NCBI RefSeq assembly: GCF_000015585.1
Contig: NC_008789.1
Location: 510,001 to 542,000 of the forward strand
Direction of reading: 5' to 3'
DNA length: 32,000 nt
Source of the DNA: Halorhodospira halophila SL1
GTDB lineage: Bacteria; Pseudomonadota; Gammaproteobacteria; Nitrococcales; Halorhodospiraceae
The notes under the pieces are model-generated. The model saw nothing but the letters and a program-made list of their open reading frames with translations, ran no database searches and was not told the DNA's origin. Position numbers and translations under genes: made by a program. How positions within the stretch are numbered: position 1 is the stretch's first letter; each line of letters begins with the position of its first letter. Below are positions 1-8,634 of the stretch, piece after piece.

Positions 1-59
1 GACCCGGTTATCGGCGCGAATCTAACACACCTTATAGGGCCACGCGCCGCGCTTGCGCC

Positions 60-1466
60 CTAGCGCCCCATCCCCGGGGGCAGCCCCCCGGGGCCACCGG
101 GACCACCCGGCCCACCGGGACCGCCGCCGCCCATCAGCTGCTGGAACATGCGCTGCGGGCCGCCCTTCTTCTTGACCTGCTTCATCATCTTCTGCATCTG
201 CTTGAACTGCTTGAGCAGGCGGTTCAGGTCCTGGACCTGAACCCCAGAGCCGGCGGCGATGCGCTTCTTCCGCGAGCCATTGATCATATCCGGCTTGGCG
301 CGTTCGGCCGGGGTCATGGAGTTGATCATGGCCAGCTGGCGGCGGACGATACGGTCGTCGAGCTGATCCTTGACCTTATCGAACTGCTTGCCCATGCCCG
401 GCATCTTGTCCATCACCCCGCCCAGGCCGCCGAGCTTGTCGATCTGCTGCATCTGCTCTTTGAAGTCGTTGAGGTCGAACCCCTTACCGCCCTTCTTGAG
501 CTTCTTCTCAAGCTTTTTCGCCTTCTCCTGATCGACGCTGCGCTCGACCTCCTCGACCAGACTGACGACATCGCCCTTGCCGAGGATCCGCGAGGCGACC
601 CGCTCGGGGTGGAAAGGCTCTAGCGCGTCGGTCTTCTCGCCGATGCCGAGGAACTTGATCGGCGCGCCGGTCACATGACGGACCGACAGGGCCGCACCGC
701 CGCGGGCATCGCCGTCGGTCTTGGTCAGCACCACGCCGGTCAGCGGCAGGGCCTCACCAAAAGCCTGGGCCGTCTTGGCCGCATCCTGACCCGTCATGGC
801 GTCGACCACGAACAGGGTCTCGGCCGGGGTCACCGTCTTATGCAGGCGCTTGACCTCGTCCATCATCGCCTCGTCGATGGTCAGCCGGCCGGCGGTGTCG
901 ACGAGGAGGACGTCGTAGTAATGGCGCTTGGCGTGGTCGACCGCGTCCTTGGCGATGCGCTCGGGCTTGTCGCCGGATTTGGAGGGGAAGAAGTCGACCT
1001 CCACCTGGCCGGCGAGGGTCTCGAGCTGGTCGATCGCCGCCGGGCGGTAGACGTCGCAGCTGACTACCAGGACCTTTTTCTTCTCGCGCTCGCGCAGGTA
1101 GCGGGCGAGCTTGCCGATGGAGGTGGTTTTGCCCGACCCCTGCAGGCCGGCGACCAGCACCACCGCCGGGGGCTGGACGTTGAGGTTGAGCGGTTCGGCC
1201 TCCGCGCCCATGACGCGGACGAGCTCGTCCTGGACGATCTTGATGAAGGCCTGCCCCGGCGTCAGGCTCTTGGCCACCTCGGCGCCCTCGGCGCGCTTCT
1301 TGACCTCTTCCGTGAAGCTGCGCACCACCGGCAGCGCCACGTCGGCCTCGAGCAGCGCCTTGCGCACCTCACGGACCGTCTCCTGGATATTTTCATCGGT
1401 GATCCGGCCCCGCCCGCTCATGCGCTGCGTGACGGAGTCGAAGCGTCCGGTGAGATTCTCAAACAT
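60..1466 (-). CDS. ffh: Signal recognition particle protein Ffh (SRP54-type GTPase)
   Basis: 468-aa ORF with ATG at 1466. GTPase motifs GLQGSGKTT, DTAGR and TKTDGD are present, followed by a Met-rich M domain. The C-terminal tail is Gly/Pro-rich (GGGGPGGPGGPGGPGG). Confidence 0.95.
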   Translation of the reverse strand: MFENLTGRFDSVTQRMSGRGRITDENIQETVREVRKALLEADVALPVVRSFTEEVKKRAEGAEVAKSLTPGQAFIKIVQDELVRVMGAEAEPLNLNVQPPAVVLVAGLQGSGKTTSIGKLARYLREREKKKVLVVSCDVYRPAAIDQLETLAGQVEVDFFPSKSGDKPERIAKDAVDHAKRHYYDVLLVDTAGRLTIDEAMMDEVKRLHKTVTPAETLFVVDAMTGQDAAKTAQAFGEALPLTGVVLTKTDGDARGGAALSVRHVTGAPIKFLGIGEKTDALEPFHPERVASRILGKGDVVSLVEEVERSVDQEKAKKLEKKLKKGGKGFDLNDFKEQMQQIDKLGGLGGVMDKMPGMGKQFDKVKDQLDDRIVRRQLAMINSMTPAERAKPDMINGSRKKRIAAGSGVQVQDLNRLLKQFKQMQKMMKQVKKKGGPQRMFQQLMGGGGPGGPGGPGGPGGLPPGMGR

Positions 1467-1607
1467 GGTCCGGCCTATCCGTTCGGAAACCTGAAACAGG
1501 CCGCATTATACGGGTCCGCTGCGCCGGCGTGCGAATCCAGTGTGCCGTTGCGGCTTGTCGCAGGGTGGTTCCCGGGTGGCACGGTTTATGCCATCATCCG
1601 AGGCACT

Positions 1608-2411
1608 ATGGTTATCTCTGCCCTCACCGTTGTCACCACCCTCCTCTACCTGGCTGCCACGGCCGCCCTGGGCGCCCGTCTGCTGCTGCACGAGGAGCGC
1701 AGCCCGGCCCGCTCGACGGCGCTGGCGCTGGCCGCCGCGGCGGTCGGTACGCACGTGGTGGTGGTCGGCGATACCACCTGGGTGGATGACGGGCTCAACC
1801 TGAGCATCTTCAGCGCGCTATCACTGGTTTCCTGGATCACCAGCACCGGGCTGGTGATCGTCAGTCTGCGCCAGCGGGTCGAGCACCTGGGCATCCTGCT
1901 CTGGCCGCTGTCGGCCATGGCGGTGGCTCTGACGCTGTTCGCGCCCCCGGAGGCCACCCTGGATCGCGAGATGGCGGTGCAGATCCATATCGTGATCTCC
2001 ATGACCGCCTACGCCACCCTGCTGGCCGCGGTCCTCCAGGCGCTCATCCTGGGTGCCCTGGACTACCGGCTGCGCCACCGGCGGGCCACCGGTTTCGTGC
2101 GACAGCTGCCGGCCCTGCGCACCATGGAAAAGCAGCTCTTCTGGCTGATCACCGTCGGCTTCGTGGCCCTGACCGTGGCCCTGGGCTCTGGCTTCCTGTT
2201 CTTCATGGATCGCCTCCTTGAGGGGATGATGATCCACAAGACCTCCCTGTCCATGGCCTCATGGCTGGCCTTCGCCACCCTGCTGATCGGCCACGCGGTG
2301 TGGGGCTGGCGAGGACAGACGGCGATCCGGTGGACCGTCATCGGTTTCCTCGCCCTGATGCTCGGCTACTTCGGCAGCAAGTTCGTGCTGGAGCTTATCC
2401 TCCAGCAGTGA
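1608..2411 (+). CDS. ypjD: Cytochrome c assembly-family inner membrane protein (YpjD/CcsA-like)
   Basis: Start taken as the in-frame ATG at 1608 (MVISALTVV...) inside the 675..2411 ORF; the upstream part of that ORF is antisense to ffh. About 267 aa and polytopic hydrophobic. It is divergent from ffh, as ypjD is in E. coli. Confidence 0.75.
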   Translation: MVISALTVVTTLLYLAATAALGARLLLHEERSPARSTALALAAAAVGTHVVVVGDTTWVDDGLNLSIFSALSLVSWITSTGLVIVSLRQRVEHLGILLWPLSAMAVALTLFAPPEATLDREMAVQIHIVISMTAYATLLAAVLQALILGALDYRLRHRRATGFVRQLPALRTMEKQLFWLITVGFVALTVALGSGFLFFMDRLLEGMMIHKTSLSMASWLAFATLLIGHAVWGWRGQTAIRWTVIGFLALMLGYFGSKFVLELILQQ

Positions 2412-2985
2412 AGTAGTCGGGCTCGTTGCCCTCGCGCCACTTGATGTTGCAGCCGATGCTCGGGTACTGCGGATGGGGTGGCACGGCCCCCTCGAGCAGT
2501 GCATCCACCGCCCCGCGCAGGTCGGCGCCGGTGATCGGCCGATCGTTGCGCGGCGTGCTGTCGTCGAACCGCCCTCGGTAGTAGAGCTTCAGTCCGGCGT
2601 CGAAGAGGTAGAAATCCGGCGTGCACGCGGCGCGGTACGCCTTGGCCACGGACTGGTCCGGATCGAAGAGGTACGGGAACGTGTAGCCGGCGGCCTCCTT
2701 CTCCTCGGCCATGCGCTCCGGACCATCGTCCGGGTGGGTTTCGGGGTTGTTGGCGCTGATCGCGGCCACCGCAATCCCGCGCTCCTGGCACTCCCGGCCG
2801 AAGTGAGCTAGGTGATCGCGCAGGTGCTTGACGAAGGGACAGTGGTTGCAGATGAAGGCGATCAGCACCCCTTCCCCGCCAGCCAGATCCTCGCGCAGGG
2901 AAACCGGCCGACCGTCGGTATCCGTGAGGGTGAAATCCGGGGCCGGGGTGCCGATGGGCAGCATGGTGGATTCGGTGCGTACCAT
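2395..2985 (-). CDS. Thioredoxin-fold thiol-disulfide oxidoreductase (redoxin/AhpC-TSA family)
   Basis: 196 aa. ATG at 2985 is preceded by AGGAGG. CxxC redox motif FICNHCPF sits in a TlpA/redoxin-like context (GTPAPDFTLTD...). The 3' end overlaps ypjD convergently by 17 nt. Confidence 0.8.
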   Translation of the reverse strand: MVRTESTMLPIGTPAPDFTLTDTDGRPVSLREDLAGGEGVLIAFICNHCPFVKHLRDHLAHFGRECQERGIAVAAISANNPETHPDDGPERMAEEKEAAGYTFPYLFDPDQSVAKAYRAACTPDFYLFDAGLKLYYRGRFDDSTPRNDRPITGADLRGAVDALLEGAVPPHPQYPSIGCNIKWREGNEPDYFTAGG

Positions 2986-3059
2986 CCTGGTTCTCCTCCT
3001 GGCGTACTGCGTCGGTGATGGATCATCGGCGCGCCGCCGACCTTGAGCGCGGGGGGCGA

Positions 3060-4085
3060 TCAGCCGCCACCGTGCTCGTCCTCGGCGCGCTCCAGGGCAT
3101 CGAGCAGCCGAGCGAGAATCCGCTCGGCGTCCGGTCCGCCGCGGGCCGTGTAGACCGCACGGAGGGGGCGGGCCGGATCGGCGAAGGCCTCGCGCTGCGC
3201 TGCGTCGAGCTCCTCCAGGGCAATATCCTCTGACTGCTGGATCTGTTCAAGCCGCTCGTCGTTGAGCGCCTGCTGCATGTCGTGGGCCCAGTCCACCAGG
3301 TCCTCGCCGATCTCGCGCAGCATCTCCCGCCGCCCGCGCGGCAGGCGCTGGTAGAAGATCTCGCTGACCAGAAAGGCGGAGACGTGCGGCGCCGCCCGGG
3401 GCAGGGTCCAGTACCGGGCGTGCTCGTAGACCCCGAGCGCCTCGTGGATGTAGATCGGCTGCGCGGTGGCGTCCACCCGCCCTTCGACCAGGGCCTGGTG
3501 GAGCTCCCCGTACTCGACGTGCTCAGCCCGCGCGCCGTAGGCGCGATAGCTCTCGCGCAGCACCGGGCTGTCCGCCACCCCCAGGCGCAAATCGCGGAAG
3601 TCCGCCGGCTCATCCAGCGGCCCTTGCGCCGCCCACACCTGCCAGCCGGCGGGCACCAGGGCCAGCGGCCGCAGCCGCGCGTCCTGGTAGGCGCCCTGCA
3701 GGGCCTTACTCTGGAGCAGCTCCGGGTCGTTCAGGGCCCGGGCGTTGACGTAGGCGTCGTCGGAGTAGATGAAGTGCAGGCCGAAGACCTGACTCTCGGG
3801 GACAGCGCCGGCGAGGTCGCCGGACCCGAAGGCGAAGTGCACCGCGTTCCGACGCACTTGCTGGTGAACGGCCTCGGTGTCGCCGATGGCGCCGTAGGGG
3901 TAGATGCTTACCTCCACCGCGCCGTCGGTCCGCTCCTCGACCTCTTCGGCGAAGCGGGTGGCGTACTCGTACTGCACGCCACCCGCCTTCTCCTCCAGGG
4001 CGATGCGCCATTGCTCTGGGGGATCCTCGCCACAACCGACGCCCACGCCGGCGGCGGCGACGATGGCCATCAGCAGGCGGCGCAT
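3060..4085 (-). CDS. TRAP transporter solute-binding protein, DctP family (paralog 2, probable lipoprotein)
   Basis: Start taken at the internal ATG at 4085 (MRRLLMAIVAAAGVGVGCGED...), because the longer ORF runs into the upstream gene. There is a lipobox-like VGVGC. The protein is colinear with the neighbouring DctP paralog (WRIALEE..., FAFGSG, VDWAHDMQQ, AEDEHG C-terminus). Confidence 0.8.
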   Translation of the reverse strand: MRRLLMAIVAAAGVGVGCGEDPPEQWRIALEEKAGGVQYEYATRFAEEVEERTDGAVEVSIYPYGAIGDTEAVHQQVRRNAVHFAFGSGDLAGAVPESQVFGLHFIYSDDAYVNARALNDPELLQSKALQGAYQDARLRPLALVPAGWQVWAAQGPLDEPADFRDLRLGVADSPVLRESYRAYGARAEHVEYGELHQALVEGRVDATAQPIYIHEALGVYEHARYWTLPRAAPHVSAFLVSEIFYQRLPRGRREMLREIGEDLVDWAHDMQQALNDERLEQIQQSEDIALEELDAAQREAFADPARPLRAVYTARGGPDAERILARLLDALERAEDEHGGG

Positions 4086-4104
4086 GCCCCGACCCCCGCC
4101 GCCG

Positions 4105-5127
4105 TCACGAGGCGCCGTGCTCGTCCTCGGCCTGATCGACGGCCTCGAGCAGTCGATCCAGGGCCTGCTCGCCGCGGACGCCGACCTCGTCGATGTAGGT
4201 ATCGCGGGTCGGCAGGGCCCGCTCGCGGAAGGCGTCCCGCTCGTCCTCATCGAGGGCGATGACCTCGATATCCGAGTTGGCCTTCATGTCGGCCAGCCGC
4301 TGCTCGTTGACCTCCTGCTGCATGTCGTGGGCCCAGTCGACCATGTCGGCGGTGATCTCGCGGATCATCTCCTGTTTTTCGTCGGGGAGCGCGTCGAAGA
4401 ACATGGAGCTGGCCATGAAACCGGCGATGAACTGCGCCTGGCGCGCCTCGATGAAGTAGTCCTGGACCTCGTAGAAGCCCATCTCCTGGTGGGCGAAGTA
4501 CGGCTGGACGTTGCCGTCGATGACGCCCTGCTCGAGCCCGCCGTAGACCTCGCCGTAGGCCATGGGGGTCGGATCCGCGCCGTACTGACGGTACGTCTCG
4601 CGCAGCAGCCGGTTGTCCATGGTGCGGATCTGCACGCCGTCGAAGTCCTCGGGGGTGCGGATCGGCTCATTGGCGCTCCACACCTGCCAGCCCTCGGGCA
4701 GGACCGAGACCAGCTCCATCCCGCGCTCACCGAAGGCCTGCTGGACCGGTTCGCTGTGCAGGAAGTGGGGATCGTTCAACGCCCGGGTATTGACGTATTC
4801 GTCATCACTGAGAACGAAATTGACGCTGAACAGCTGACTCTCCGGTACGGTCGCGCCCAGCGCCCCGGAGCCGAAAGCGAACTGCACCACATTGCCTTGC
4901 AGCTGCTCGTAGATATCTCCCATCTCGCCGATGGTGCCGTAGGGAAAGAGATCGACTTGTACCTCGCCGTCGGTGCGGGCCTCCACCTCCTCGGCAAAGC
5001 GCTCGGCGTACTGGTACTGGATGCTGCCTTCCACCTCCTCCAGGGCGATCCGCCACTGATCGGCGTGGGCGGCTCCGGCGAAGGCGACGCTGCCAAGCAG
5101 CACGGTAGCGATGGCATAACGGTGCAT
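4105..5127 (-). CDS. TRAP transporter solute-binding protein, DctP family (paralog 1, cleavable signal peptide)
   Basis: 340 aa, ATG at 5127. Classic signal peptide ending AHA-DQ. DctP-type periplasmic binding protein pattern. Divergent from dctQM. Confidence 0.85.
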   Translation of the reverse strand: MHRYAIATVLLGSVAFAGAAHADQWRIALEEVEGSIQYQYAERFAEEVEARTDGEVQVDLFPYGTIGEMGDIYEQLQGNVVQFAFGSGALGATVPESQLFSVNFVLSDDEYVNTRALNDPHFLHSEPVQQAFGERGMELVSVLPEGWQVWSANEPIRTPEDFDGVQIRTMDNRLLRETYRQYGADPTPMAYGEVYGGLEQGVIDGNVQPYFAHQEMGFYEVQDYFIEARQAQFIAGFMASSMFFDALPDEKQEMIREITADMVDWAHDMQQEVNEQRLADMKANSDIEVIALDEDERDAFRERALPTRDTYIDEVGVRGEQALDRLLEAVDQAEDEHGAS

Positions 5128-5244
5128 GGGGATGATCTCCCGTCAGCATGGTGATCGTTTTGAACCCTAGCATAAGCGGCTGGACTGTACGTATCCCCCG
5201 GGGATTCGATATGTTCACGCCATCGATCCAGTTGGGACCCCTGC

Positions 5245-5811
5245 ATGGGCACACGGAAGCGGACCTGGCTCGAACGGCTCGACGGCGGCATCGCCCGAGT
5301 CGAGGCGTTCATCCTCGGCGGCGGCGTGCTGCTGTTGGCCGGTCTTTCCATCGCCAACACGCTCTCGCGCAACCTCACCGGCAACACCGTCCCAGGAACC
5401 TTCGAGCTCACCGAGATCCTCATGGTCTGGATCACCTTCGGCGGGCTCGCCTACGGTGTGCGCCGGGCCCGGCACATCTGTATGAACGCGGTCTACGATC
5501 AGCTCCGCGGGTTGGCGCGCAAGGGGTTGTTGATCTTCACCCACGTGGGCACCGCCGGACTGCTGTTCTACATGGCGTGGCACGCCGGGCACTACGTCTG
5601 GGAGGTCCACGAGAGCGGGCGCACCAGCACGGCGCTGGGCATTCCCATGGGGCTGGCCTACCTGATCGTGCCCATCGGGCTGTTCGCCGGTGGCGTGCAG
5701 TACACCCTCAGCGCCTGGAAGAACCTCACCCACCGCGCCCTCTACCGCTCCTACAGCGAGCTTGAGACGTACGAGCATGGCGAAGACCCGGCGGGGGACG
5801 CCCGGCTATGA
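5245..5811 (+). CDS. dctQ: TRAP transporter small permease (DctQ family)
   Basis: 188 aa with four hydrophobic segments. ATGA overlap with the downstream large permease. Confidence 0.8.
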   Translation: MGTRKRTWLERLDGGIARVEAFILGGGVLLLAGLSIANTLSRNLTGNTVPGTFELTEILMVWITFGGLAYGVRRARHICMNAVYDQLRGLARKGLLIFTHVGTAGLLFYMAWHAGHYVWEVHESGRTSTALGIPMGLAYLIVPIGLFAGGVQYTLSAWKNLTHRALYRSYSELETYEHGEDPAGDARL

Positions 5812-7091
5812 CGACGCTGGTCATCACCGTCATGCTCATCCTGCTGCTGCTCGGCTTCCCACTGATGGTGCCGCTGCTCGCCGGGGCCCTGCTGATCCTC
5901 ATCGTCGAGCTGCCGTTCATCGGGGCCGACGCCCTTGTCCGGCAGATGATCACCGGCATCCAGCCGGTCGTGCTCTCGGCGGTGCCGCTGTTCATCCTCG
6001 CCGCCGACATCATGACCCGCGGGCGCACGGCCAACACCCTGCTCGATCTGGTGGCAACCGCCATCGGCCACATCCGTGGTGGCCTGCCGATCACCACGGC
6101 CGTGAGCTGCGCGCTGTTCGGCGCCGTCTCCGGCTCGACCCAGGCCACCGTGGTGGCCATGGGCACACCGTTGCGCCCGCGCTTGCAGCAGGCGGGCTAC
6201 AAGGACAGCTTCAACCTGGCGCTGATCGTCAACGCCAGCGATGTGGCGCTGCTGATCCCGCCGAGCATCGGCATGATCATCTACGGCGTGGTGGCCCAGA
6301 CCTCGCCGGCACAGCTGTTCATCGCCGGGATCGGCCCCGGGCTCTTGATCCTGCTGCTGATCAGCCTGTGGTGCTACATCTACACCCGCTGGCAGGGCAT
6401 CGAGGGCTCCGAACGGGCCGGCTGGGGCGCACGCGGCCAGGCGCTGCTGCGCGCGCTGCCGGCGCTGGGGTTCCCGGTGATCATCGTCGGTGGCATCTAT
6501 AGCGGCTTCTTCACGCCCACCGAGGCGGCGGCCATCTCGGTGCTCTACGCCGCCATCCTGGAGTTCGGGGCGTACCGCAGCCTGGGGTGGCGGGATCTGC
6601 TGGAGGTGGCCCGCTCCACCGGGCTGATCACCGCGGTGGTCTTCATCCTGGTCGGCGCTGGGCAGGCCTTCGCCTACAGCCTCTCCTTCGCGCAGATCCC
6701 GCAGGAGCTGGTCGGGCCGCTGATCGACGCCGTCGCCCACGACCCGACCCTGGCCCTGCTGGCCATCGCGCTGATCTACTTCATCGGCTGCATGTTCGTC
6801 GACCCGATCGTGGTGATCCTGGTCTTCACGCCGATCCTGGCACCGCTGGTCGAGGCCGCTCAGCTCGACCCGGTCCTGGTGGGAACGCTGGTGGTGCTGC
6901 AGGCGGCCATCGGCTCGGCGACGCCGCCCTTTGGGGTCGACCTGTTTACGGCGATCGCCGTCTTCCGGCGGCCGTACCTCGAGGTGATCCGCGGGACGCC
7001 GCCGTTCATCGCCATCATGATCCTGGCCACGCTGCTGGTGATCTTCTTCCCGGAGATCGCCCTGTTCCTGCGCGACCTCGCCTTCGGTTAG
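5808..7091 (+). CDS. dctM: TRAP transporter large permease (DctM family)
   Basis: 427 aa polytopic membrane protein with typical DctM length and sequence pattern. Translationally coupled to dctQ. Confidence 0.9.
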   Translation: MTTLVITVMLILLLLGFPLMVPLLAGALLILIVELPFIGADALVRQMITGIQPVVLSAVPLFILAADIMTRGRTANTLLDLVATAIGHIRGGLPITTAVSCALFGAVSGSTQATVVAMGTPLRPRLQQAGYKDSFNLALIVNASDVALLIPPSIGMIIYGVVAQTSPAQLFIAGIGPGLLILLLISLWCYIYTRWQGIEGSERAGWGARGQALLRALPALGFPVIIVGGIYSGFFTPTEAAAISVLYAAILEFGAYRSLGWRDLLEVARSTGLITAVVFILVGAGQAFAYSLSFAQIPQELVGPLIDAVAHDPTLALLAIALIYFIGCMFVDPIVVILVFTPILAPLVEAAQLDPVLVGTLVVLQAAIGSATPPFGVDLFTAIAVFRRPYLEVIRGTPPFIAIMILATLLVIFFPEIALFLRDLAFG

Positions 7092-7098
7092 CCCCCAC

Positions 7099-7827
7099 TC
7101 AGCGCAGCCGGAACTCGATGGTGACGCTGAGCTCGAGGCGCTCGAAGGACTCGTCCTCGGGGATCTCGGGCATCTGCACGGACTCGATCATGCGCTCGAC
7201 CTCTTCATCGAAGAGCTCGTGCTCCGACCGCTCGGCGATCTCCCACTCGAGCACGTTGCCCTCGGCGTCGAGGACAAAGGTCAGCCCCACCGATCCCTCC
7301 AGGCGCCGGCGCTCGGCGGAACGCGGATAACGCTGCTCGGCCTGCAGGGTCCGGTGCACATCCGCCAGGAAGGAGTCGGAGACGTCAGACTCGGTCCCCA
7401 CCTCTGCCTCCTGCGGCGGCCCCTCGTCCGGCTCGTCGTCCTCCTCCTCGACCTCGTCCTCTTCCGGCTCGGGGTCGACCTCTTCCTCCGGTTCCGGTTC
7501 GGGCTCGGGCTCCGGCTCCGGCTCCGGCTCGGGTTCAGGTTCAGGTTCAGGTTCAGGTTCAGGTTCAGGTTCAGGTTCAGGCTCCGGCTCCGGTTCGGGT
7601 TCGGGTTCGGGTTCGGGTTCCGGCTCCGGTTCATCCTCTTCCGGCTCGTCCACCGCCTCCTCCTCCGGTTGCGGCGGAACGGCGGAGAGCTGCACCTCCA
7701 CCCCCTCCGGGGCGTGCCGTTCCTCGACCTCCTCCTCGGCATCCCGGGGCACCCAGGCCAGGATCGCGGCGTGGGCGCCGACGGCGACGGTGCCCGCAAC
7801 CAACCAGTGGATCCAGCGCGGCTCCAT
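7099..7827 (-). CDS. tonB: Energy transducer TonB with an expanded acidic (Glu-Pro)24 spacer
   Basis: 242 aa with an N-terminal anchor helix (WIHWLVAGTVAVGAHAAILAW), a long EP repeat, and a C-terminal TonB domain (YPRSAERRRLEGSVGLTFVLDAEGNV...). It is the last gene of the exbB-exbD-exbD-tonB operon, 1 nt after the exbD stop. Confidence 0.85.
   Translation of the reverse strand: MEPRWIHWLVAGTVAVGAHAAILAWVPRDAEEEVEERHAPEGVEVQLSAVPPQPEEEAVDEPEEDEPEPEPEPEPEPEPEPEPEPEPEPEPEPEPEPEPEPEPEPEPEPEPEPEEEVDPEPEEDEVEEEDDEPDEGPPQEAEVGTESDVSDSFLADVHRTLQAEQRYPRSAERRRLEGSVGLTFVLDAEGNVLEWEIAERSEHELFDEEVERMIESVQMPEIPEDESFERLELSVTIEFRLR
7489..7632 (-). repeat. In-frame hexanucleotide tandem repeat encoding (Glu-Pro)x24 within tonB
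   Basis: 24 consecutive 6-nt units of the form NGGYTC on the + strand, arranged in blocks of identical units. These include a perfect (GGTTCA)x8 run at 7532..7579. Confidence 0.95.
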
Positions 7828-7828
7828 C

Positions 7829-8233
7829 TCAGTGCTCCCGCCGGGTGATCAGCTGCATGCGCTCGGCGCCGGCCTCGCGCAGGTCGTCCATCACGTCGAG
7901 CAGCCGGGCCGAATCGGCATCGGCGTCGGCCTTGACCTCTACCGGGCGCTCCGGCGCCTCCTTCAGCGCCGTCTTGAGCCGCTCCAGAAGCTGCTCACGG
8001 TTGTCGACCACGTCCTGATCTACGGCCAGCTGTCCCTCGGCGTCGATCAGCACCCGCAGGGGCTCATCCACCAGCTCCGCCCCCTGCTCGCTGTCCGCCG
8101 GATCGACGGACAGCGGCGAGTCGGGCTCGAGGGTTCCCGCCACCATGAAGAAGATCAACAACAGGAAGACGATGTTGATCATCGGTATGACGTTCTCTTC
8201 CGGCTCGCGGCGCGGCGGTTCGGGCAGTTTCAT
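7829..8233 (-). CDS. exbD: Biopolymer transport protein ExbD/TolR (copy 2)
   Basis: 134 aa with the ExbD N-terminal signature (INIVFLLLIFFMV). 4-nt overlap with the upstream exbD copy. Confidence 0.9.
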   Translation of the reverse strand: MKLPEPPRREPEENVIPMINIVFLLLIFFMVAGTLEPDSPLSVDPADSEQGAELVDEPLRVLIDAEGQLAVDQDVVDNREQLLERLKTALKEAPERPVEVKADADADSARLLDVMDDLREAGAERMQLITRREH

Positions 8234-8634
8234 CCCTCTTCCTCCTCGCGCAGCACAGCGACGTCCTCCAGCCCCGCCAACGCGGCGCTGTCGAGAGCCC
8301 GGATGACGGCCCGCACCGGCGCACCGGCGGCCGGAATGACCAGCAGGCGGCGATCGGCGTCGGCCTCATAGGCCTCCTCGAACCGGCTCCGCAGGTCGTC
8401 CGCAGCGACCGATTCGTCCCCGATCCGGTAGCCGTCGGTGGTCACGTGCAACCGCAGCGGCTCCTCGTCCTGCTCCGCGTCCGCGGCCCCCTCGGCGGGG
8501 GCATCGACCCCGAAGGCCTGCCACTCGACGAAGGTCGAAGCGAGCATGAAGAAGATCAGCAGGATGAAGACGACGTCGATCAGCGGGGTCAGACTCACCA
8601 GCCGTCGGCGACGGGGGGTCTCTTCAATCCGCAT
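8230..8634 (-). CDS. exbD: Biopolymer transport protein ExbD/TolR (copy 1)
   Basis: Start taken at ATG 8634 (MRIEETPRRRRLVSLTPLIDVVFILLIFFML...). The longer ORF to 8718 lies inside exbB. 11-nt overlap with the exbB stop. Confidence 0.85.
   Translation of the reverse strand: MRIEETPRRRRLVSLTPLIDVVFILLIFFMLASTFVEWQAFGVDAPAEGAADAEQDEEPLRLHVTTDGYRIGDESVAADDLRSRFEEAYEADADRRLLVIPAAGAPVRAVIRALDSAALAGLEDVAVLREEEEG

Noticed and set aside
8-15. GCCGATAA on the minus strand, which resembles a sigma-28 -10 element, downstream of ffh.
   Set aside because: The matching -35 region fits only about 4 of 8 positions. The downstream gene is outside the window, and there is no functional rationale.
63-134. Gly/Pro repeat (GGGGPGGPGGPGGPGG) at the Ffh C-terminus.
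   Set aside because: Ffh C-terminal tails are naturally variable, low-complexity and Gly/Met/Pro-rich. This is probably GC-driven drift of no special significance.
675-1607. Long N-terminal extension of the 675..2411 plus-strand ORF (578 aa).
   Set aside because: It lies entirely antisense to ffh and its translation is Arg/Gly/Ala/His-rich and low-complexity. The membrane protein clearly begins at the in-frame ATG at 1608. This is a high-GC open-frame artefact.
7489-7632. Regular 6-nt periodic repeat that could be mistaken for a non-coding tandem array or CRISPR-like structure.
   Set aside because: It has no spacers and the unit is only 6 nt. It is in-frame within tonB and encodes the known TonB-type Glu-Pro spacer. 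I report it as a coding repeat instead.
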